A stretch of 63,965 bases of DNA, filler included, from Intoshia linei (taxonomy: Eukaryota > Animalia > Orthonectida): assembly GCA_001642005.1 (NCBI GenBank). It is 10 parts of 10 records of this genome, joined end to end, with 100 filler letters (N's around TTAATTAATTAA, not from the genome) between each part and the next. Parts side by side here need not be neighbours in the genome. Positions count along the whole stretch, not along the records: positions 57,431 to 61,737 come from LWCA01001955.1; positions 61,838 to 62,860 come from LWCA01002845.1; positions 62,961 to 63,965 come from LWCA01002860.1; 7 more parts are not named here. The stretch is one strand, 5' to 3'. The notes under the pieces are model-generated. The model made no database searches. It had not been told where the DNA came from and saw only the letters and a program-made list of their open reading frames with translations. This document shows positions 58,132 to 63,965 of this stretch, one piece after another (within the stretch, counting starts at the first letter, position 1; each line of letters starts with the position of its first letter). Both the position numbers and the translations under genes were made by a program.

Positions 58132-59459
58132 ATCTATATAGTATTATTTGTATTAAAATAATTAATAATTACAAATTTATCTATCATATCAATTTTTAAA
58201 TAGTCGGTAAATTTTATCAAATTAAAATTATACCTTATAATTTTTAACGTGTTACTTTTTTGCAGTTCTTTTAAAAAACGAAAAAATTTTGATACCATAC
58301 CGGTAGAGTTTGACACGAGCAACATGCTCTAATTCTTACCCACCCGTGCCGTCAAAATGTTTCATTACGCCCGTATCTACAATATTTTTTATTAGATCAA
58401 TAGATCAATTATTAGATCTAATACAAAAGATCAATTACAAGTTATTTATTAATAAATTTCGAAAGAAAAATTTTCAGGTGAACTCGACCCGGTCGTATCC
58501 AATAAAGGATCCAATATAGATATTATATTTGATTACATTATGTTAAATAAAAAAAATTTTAAGGACGTAATTAAATTAAATTTACATTTGCATTTTGATA
58601 GTGACGTTTTATTGCAGTATTCAATAAAATGTTCATATTTAGCAGGTTTATATACAATATACAATTATATCATTATACTAAAGATTAATTATTATTTTTT
58701 TGAAATTTTAAGAATGACTCATGTGTCGTTTAGCTTGTAAATTATTTATTCTGCATTATTGTATTTTTATATCAACATATGTATCATAATACACAATTAT
58801 TAGGAATTTCCATTATAAATTTTTTTAAAAGATGGAAATTTTTTTTTCAATGTCCTTAATAAGTGTGGCAATCGTTAGAAGTTAATACCATATTTTTATA
58901 GATAACTAGCTTGACCAGTCATGTATGACGAACCTTTTAATTCTAATAAAAAAATAAATTCAATAAAATTTTTCATAAAAATGCTACAATTCACTATTAC
59001 CAATCCTGTCAAGGAGTGGTTCCCAAACTTGTTTCAACATGGACCGGTCATATCACATTACCTTTTAATTTAAAGTTAATTATTCCAACTTAATTATATT
59101 TTGTTTTCATTTTTTTAAAAAAAGGGTAATATGGGGTTTTGACGTGAAAATAAACTTTGTTGAAGTAATTATTTGTGATAATGTTTATGATTTTAACAAC
59201 TATCCCAGAATGATTAATCTTTTATAAAATTTTTGGACATTTTTCGTTTTTTAAAATAGCGTAGATTGGGGTTTTAACTATGAAAGTTTGCGTTTCAGGG
59301 GCTGAGATTTACGACAATGTTAATCTTTTTGAAAAGACATGACAGAATTTATATTTTTTAAAATTTTGAGCTCATTTTATTTTTAAACAAAAGGGTAAAT
59401 TGAGTTTTCGACCCTTAGGAACTCAATTTCGGAAAATGAAACTTAGATATTTTTATATA

Positions 59460-60649
59460 CTAAATTAACTGTTATGTACTACGTACAAACAGCACCTAGC
59501 TCTGCCAAGGGCACATTTTTATTATACCAAAAAAATGAATTCACCTTAAAAATTTAACTTTAAAATTCTACTATTCACTATTATCAATCCTTTAAAAGAG
59601 TGGTTCCCAAACTTTTTTCAGGTTGAACCATTATATCAAATTACTTTTAGTTTCGTTATTGTAGTTTAAATTTAAAACATAATGTTTTGAAAATGAGAAA
59701 TTAAAATTTAAAAATTGCGTAGCAATGAAAAAAATTTAGAAGGAATGAATTATATAGATTTTCACCCATATTTCTTTATTTAAAATGTGTAGACATTCAA
59801 TGTACATTTTTTTAAAATTGTAGGATCAATATTTACATTTTCAATTTTTATTTTAATCGAATTTATTGAAAAATATTGGTTGAGTATATTAAAAATTATT
59901 TTTCACCGGGAATGCGTCGATTTCTGGGGTTGAAATTTTGTATTTATATCAACTGGAATAAGCCATATCAGATTAATTTTTTTTTTTAATTTTCGGACCG
60001 TTAATTATTTTACATTTTTTGTTTTAAATGTGGAAATTGGATCGTGAAAACACTTCATCGTAAAAACACTTGATACTAAATACAGGCTGTATTATACAGC
60101 TAAATTGAAAATTGTTAAACAACATTTTTAAAGTTGTCTTAGTAATAAAAAATATTCATAAATTTATTTTGCAATTTGTTGTACTTAAGATCAAGATTCC
60201 ACTGTAAAATATTACGAAAAAAAAATATATGAATACTAAAATGCTTTTTTGACCGTGAAGTCGACACTTTATCAGATTTAAATTTTTTGTGTGTGTTAAC
60301 AGGATACAACTGTACCACCTGTAATTTTTTTAATAAAAAAGGGTTATTTGTGGTTTTGGCCCTGAAGATAATTTTTTTTTAAATTTATGATAATGTTTAT
60401 TATTTTAAAACCCGTATCAGATTATTTATTTTTTTAAATTCTTTAACTCGTTGGATTTTCAAAAAAAGGACAATTGGGATTTTTGACCCGTAAGATTTGA
60501 GTTTGGGAGGTTGAAATTTATCTTATTAGACGTCCCGGAAAAAATTGTAATTGAAGTGTGGACTTTATAAAATTCTAAGACTGGTAGTTATTTCAATAAA
60601 TTGGAACACACACAAACAAAAATAGCGTAGCATATTATATAAGTTAGGA
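59460..60649 (-). mobile_element. Near full-length Helitron copy with an internal ~185-bp foreign segment
   Basis: 5' TCCTAACTTATAT at 60649; hairpin near 59475-59490; degenerate CTAG end. Confidence 0.78.
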
Positions 60650-61171
60650 TATAAATGTATGTGTATTTATCAAAAAAAATGTATTGAAAATTTGATTTTA
60701 AGAAATTCTACGACTAAATTTTTTAAATAAACGGTAACAGACACAGATATTCAATTTTATATAGGTAAAGGATTTATCGATAAAAAATTAAATAATCTAC
60801 AGATTAATGTAGATTATAATAATTTAATATGCTGTTTCGAAATAATTTTTCTCTAAAGAATTTTCTCAGAATTTTCTCAAAATAAATTGATAAAAAATGA
60901 ATCGATAAATTTATATAAAACTTTTTATCGATTGCCATCACTAATCGTTACATTTCGTTATTTAATAATATTAACAATTATTAATTGTAAATAATAAATT
61001 ATAAAATTATATTTTTATGATTTAGTGAGTAAAAAATATTTTTGTTTTCTAGAAAAATTTATATATCACGCAGAAACCGATAAATAATTATATTATTGCA
61101 GAAAGTATTTTATTATCATACATGTCACTTTTATGTTACTACATGAATAATCGTTAATATGATATTTTTAT

Positions 61172-61637
61172 TAGGGTGTGGACTTTTTTTATTACAAAAA
61201 TCCATTTCACACATGGAGCCTTTTTTAATTTTAAACATTATCAATCACATTGTTTTAAATCGGTTAATATTTATTCTCCGTAAATAATTATTAAAAATAA
61301 TAGTACAAATGTTAAGATAAGTGTATACGATAACTTTAGTTGATTTTTCATTATCTTTGGTTTGTTGCTTTAACTCTGATTTCTATAATAGTTCTACCAT
61401 TTTCTTTTTTTAAATTTTGTTCATTTATTGATGATTTTACGAAATTAATTTTAAATTTTAAAGTTTTATCTATTAATATAATATATTGTTTCTGTGTTAA
61501 TTATGAGAAAATCAAACATCATTACAACTCTAAATAAATTCAATTAAACATATTAATTTTTTCATATTCGTCAAAAGCACTTACATTAAACCTATATGCA
61601 AATATCTAATTTCATCTTTTAAAAAGTCCACACTCTA
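61172..61637. mobile_element. MITE with TIR TAGGGTGTGGACTTTTT
   Basis: tagggtgtggacttttt / aaaaagtccacactcta inverted repeat, one mismatch. Confidence 0.65.
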
Positions 61638-62960
61638 ATATGTATATTTCTAAATATAACAATATAACAATACAAGGGAAGCAATATAACAATAATAATA
61701 CTAAAATTAAAAATTAAAAAAATGTTATTTATTAAAANNNNNNNNNNNNNNNNNNNNNNNNNNNNNNNNNNNNNNNNNNNNTTAATTAATTAANNNNNNN
61801 NNNNNNNNNNNNNNNNNNNNNNNNNNNNNNNNNNNNNCAGGTTAATCTAAATATTTTATAATTAATTAATGTATTATTATTGTTCATATATTATATATGA
61901 ACAATGTTCATGTACAAGAAATGAATAGATTATAAAAAATAAGGCATTTATTAAATACCGCAAGGTATTGCAACTCGATAGTATAAAAGGTATTAATTAA
62001 CCTTGCATAAAAAAACGTTACTGCGAAAATTATTTTCATAAAGTATGATTGTACTTTTCAAACAATGATATAATAAATTTACTTCAAATCATTGCACTTT
62101 TTTTCAATTTCAAAATAATTTTTTTCATTTTCTTTACAATTGTTTAATTTTTCCATAATATCAATATTATTATCCAAATCTTCAATTTTTGGATAATTTT
62201 TTTTAACCGTGTAAGAAAATTTTTCAATTTCATCTTCCAATTTTTCCAAGTCTGTTTTAAATAATTTTTTCATGTTTTCAATCTATATTAACCATTCAAA
62301 AATAATACAATAAACATTATAAATATAAATATTGTATTATTAAACACTGTAATTAGGGCGTGGAGGGCTAGGTGTCATATAACGCACCTATTATTCTAAT
62401 TCGGGATGTTCATTCTCGATCCTCGATAAAATTTAAGTTTTTATGACATAATAATTTCGATTTCAGGGTCCGCGGTAAATTTTATAATTTATTACCGGTT
62501 CTCCGTAAAAAAAATGGGAAACCCCTAATGTAAACTATAAGTTTTGGCAGATTAAAAAATATTTCAAAACTGAAAACTTTTTTAAGCACTGCCCTATTAT
62601 ATATATTTCAAAATTAAAAATTTTTAAATTTTAGCGAAGCAAGTATGAATATATTATTATTTTTTTATTTTCATTAATTAATGATAATTATCATGACTAC
62701 ATTAATTCATTTTAAATATTACTTGATTTTCCATAATTTTATCATAATTTCCCATAATTATTTCATATTTATCGTATTGCGATTGTAAAATTTCAGGTTT
62801 ATTTTCTTCATTATTATTATGACCAACAATTGAATTCATTAATGTTTGTAAATTTTCCATNNNNNNNNNNNNNNNNNNNNNNNNNNNNNNNNNNNNNNNN
62901 NNNNTTAATTAATTAANNNNNNNNNNNNNNNNNNNNNNNNNNNNNNNNNNNNNNNNNNNN

Positions 62961-63269
62961 CTCATCTAATTTTAAAATCCATCTTATTAATTCACATGGT
63001 AAATTTTTTGATTTTCTCATGTGTATTATGGGATTGTGGTCAGTTATAATTTTAATATGTCGACCTAATACGTACTCTCTAAATTTATGAATACTTTTCT
63101 TGATAGCAAAAAGTTCTTTCTTAGATGTTGAATAATTCATCTCAGTTTCAGTAAGTTTCTTGCTGTAATATTCTATCACGCGACCTTTCTGTAACAAAAC
63201 AGCGCCGATAGCTATATTCGAGGCATCACATTCAAGGAAAAAGTCCACATTAGGTTCAGGTAACTTCAA
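62961..63269 (-). mobile_element. Gypsy/Ty3 RNase H fragment
   Basis: LECDASNIAIGAVLLQ...YYSKKLTETEMNYSTSKKELFAI...ITDHNPI...RWILKL. Confidence 0.9.
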
Positions 63270-63965
63270 TAACGGTAACCGTTTTGTTCGATACTATTAC
63301 AGATTCACATTTTATAAAATTTATAATTTGAGCACTATGTTTTAAAACATCCAATGTAGTAGGTAATTGATTATCAGGAAATGGTGTTGCAATTCCAATT
63401 AAATTATTAACTTGACGAATTGGCTGCATCTTGTAAAAAATATTCACGTTAAATTTTATCAATTTTCAACCGTTCAGTTTTTATCAAAAGTAATTTCTTA
63501 GTCATTATTTTGAAAATCATAAATTCAACAATAAATTCATAAAAGTAAAACTATATTCAATCTTATTGGACCACTCAATGGTCATGTTTATCAACATCAT
63601 CGTTTCTAATCAATTTGTATATTAATTAGCAATGAAAATCACTACTATTCTATTTCTCTTTACATTTCTATTAATCCATCCATTAAACAAAACCATAGAC
63701 TCATAAATTATTATCTCCTTATTGATTTAATCCTCTGTCTCAAGTTTCATGGTTGATCTACAGCTTAAATTCTTTGCTTGGACAATTAATTAATTTGATC
63801 AAAACAAATAAATAATTTTAAAATAGTTTAACAAAGCTAGTCTACTGACAAAATAAACTAAAATTATTTCTAAATATTTTATTTGGGCATACTACAGAGT
63901 TTGTCATGAATATAAATTTTAATTCTCCTGTCTTCGAAACACCAAATTAACCTTCTGCCACATAG

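Overview
Very AT-rich eukaryotic (metazoan-like) genomic DNA, assembled from about ten contigs joined by artificial 100-nt N-TTAATTAATTAA-N spacers, so adjacency across spacers is unproven. Genes have many very short (36-48 nt) GT-AG introns, which suggests a compact invertebrate or parasite genome (orthonectid-like; inference only). Spliced genes reconstructed by hand: a BCH+RhoGAP protein, the 3' half of an SLC7/LAT amino-acid transporter, an LRR protein, ABT1/ESF2, enkurin and PSMC5/Rpt6. There is also a cyclic-nucleotide-binding K+ channel with at least two tandem 6TM-pore-CNBD repeats (CNGK-like), an orphan 276-aa membrane ORF, and a five-exon secreted CxxC/furin-like-repeat protein gene missed by the ORF track. 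The rest is largely mobile DNA: an abundant non-autonomous Helitron family, hAT elements and MITEs (including a nested stack with intact TSDs), a LINE fragment, and Gypsy fragments, one with an integrase fused to tandem PHD fingers.
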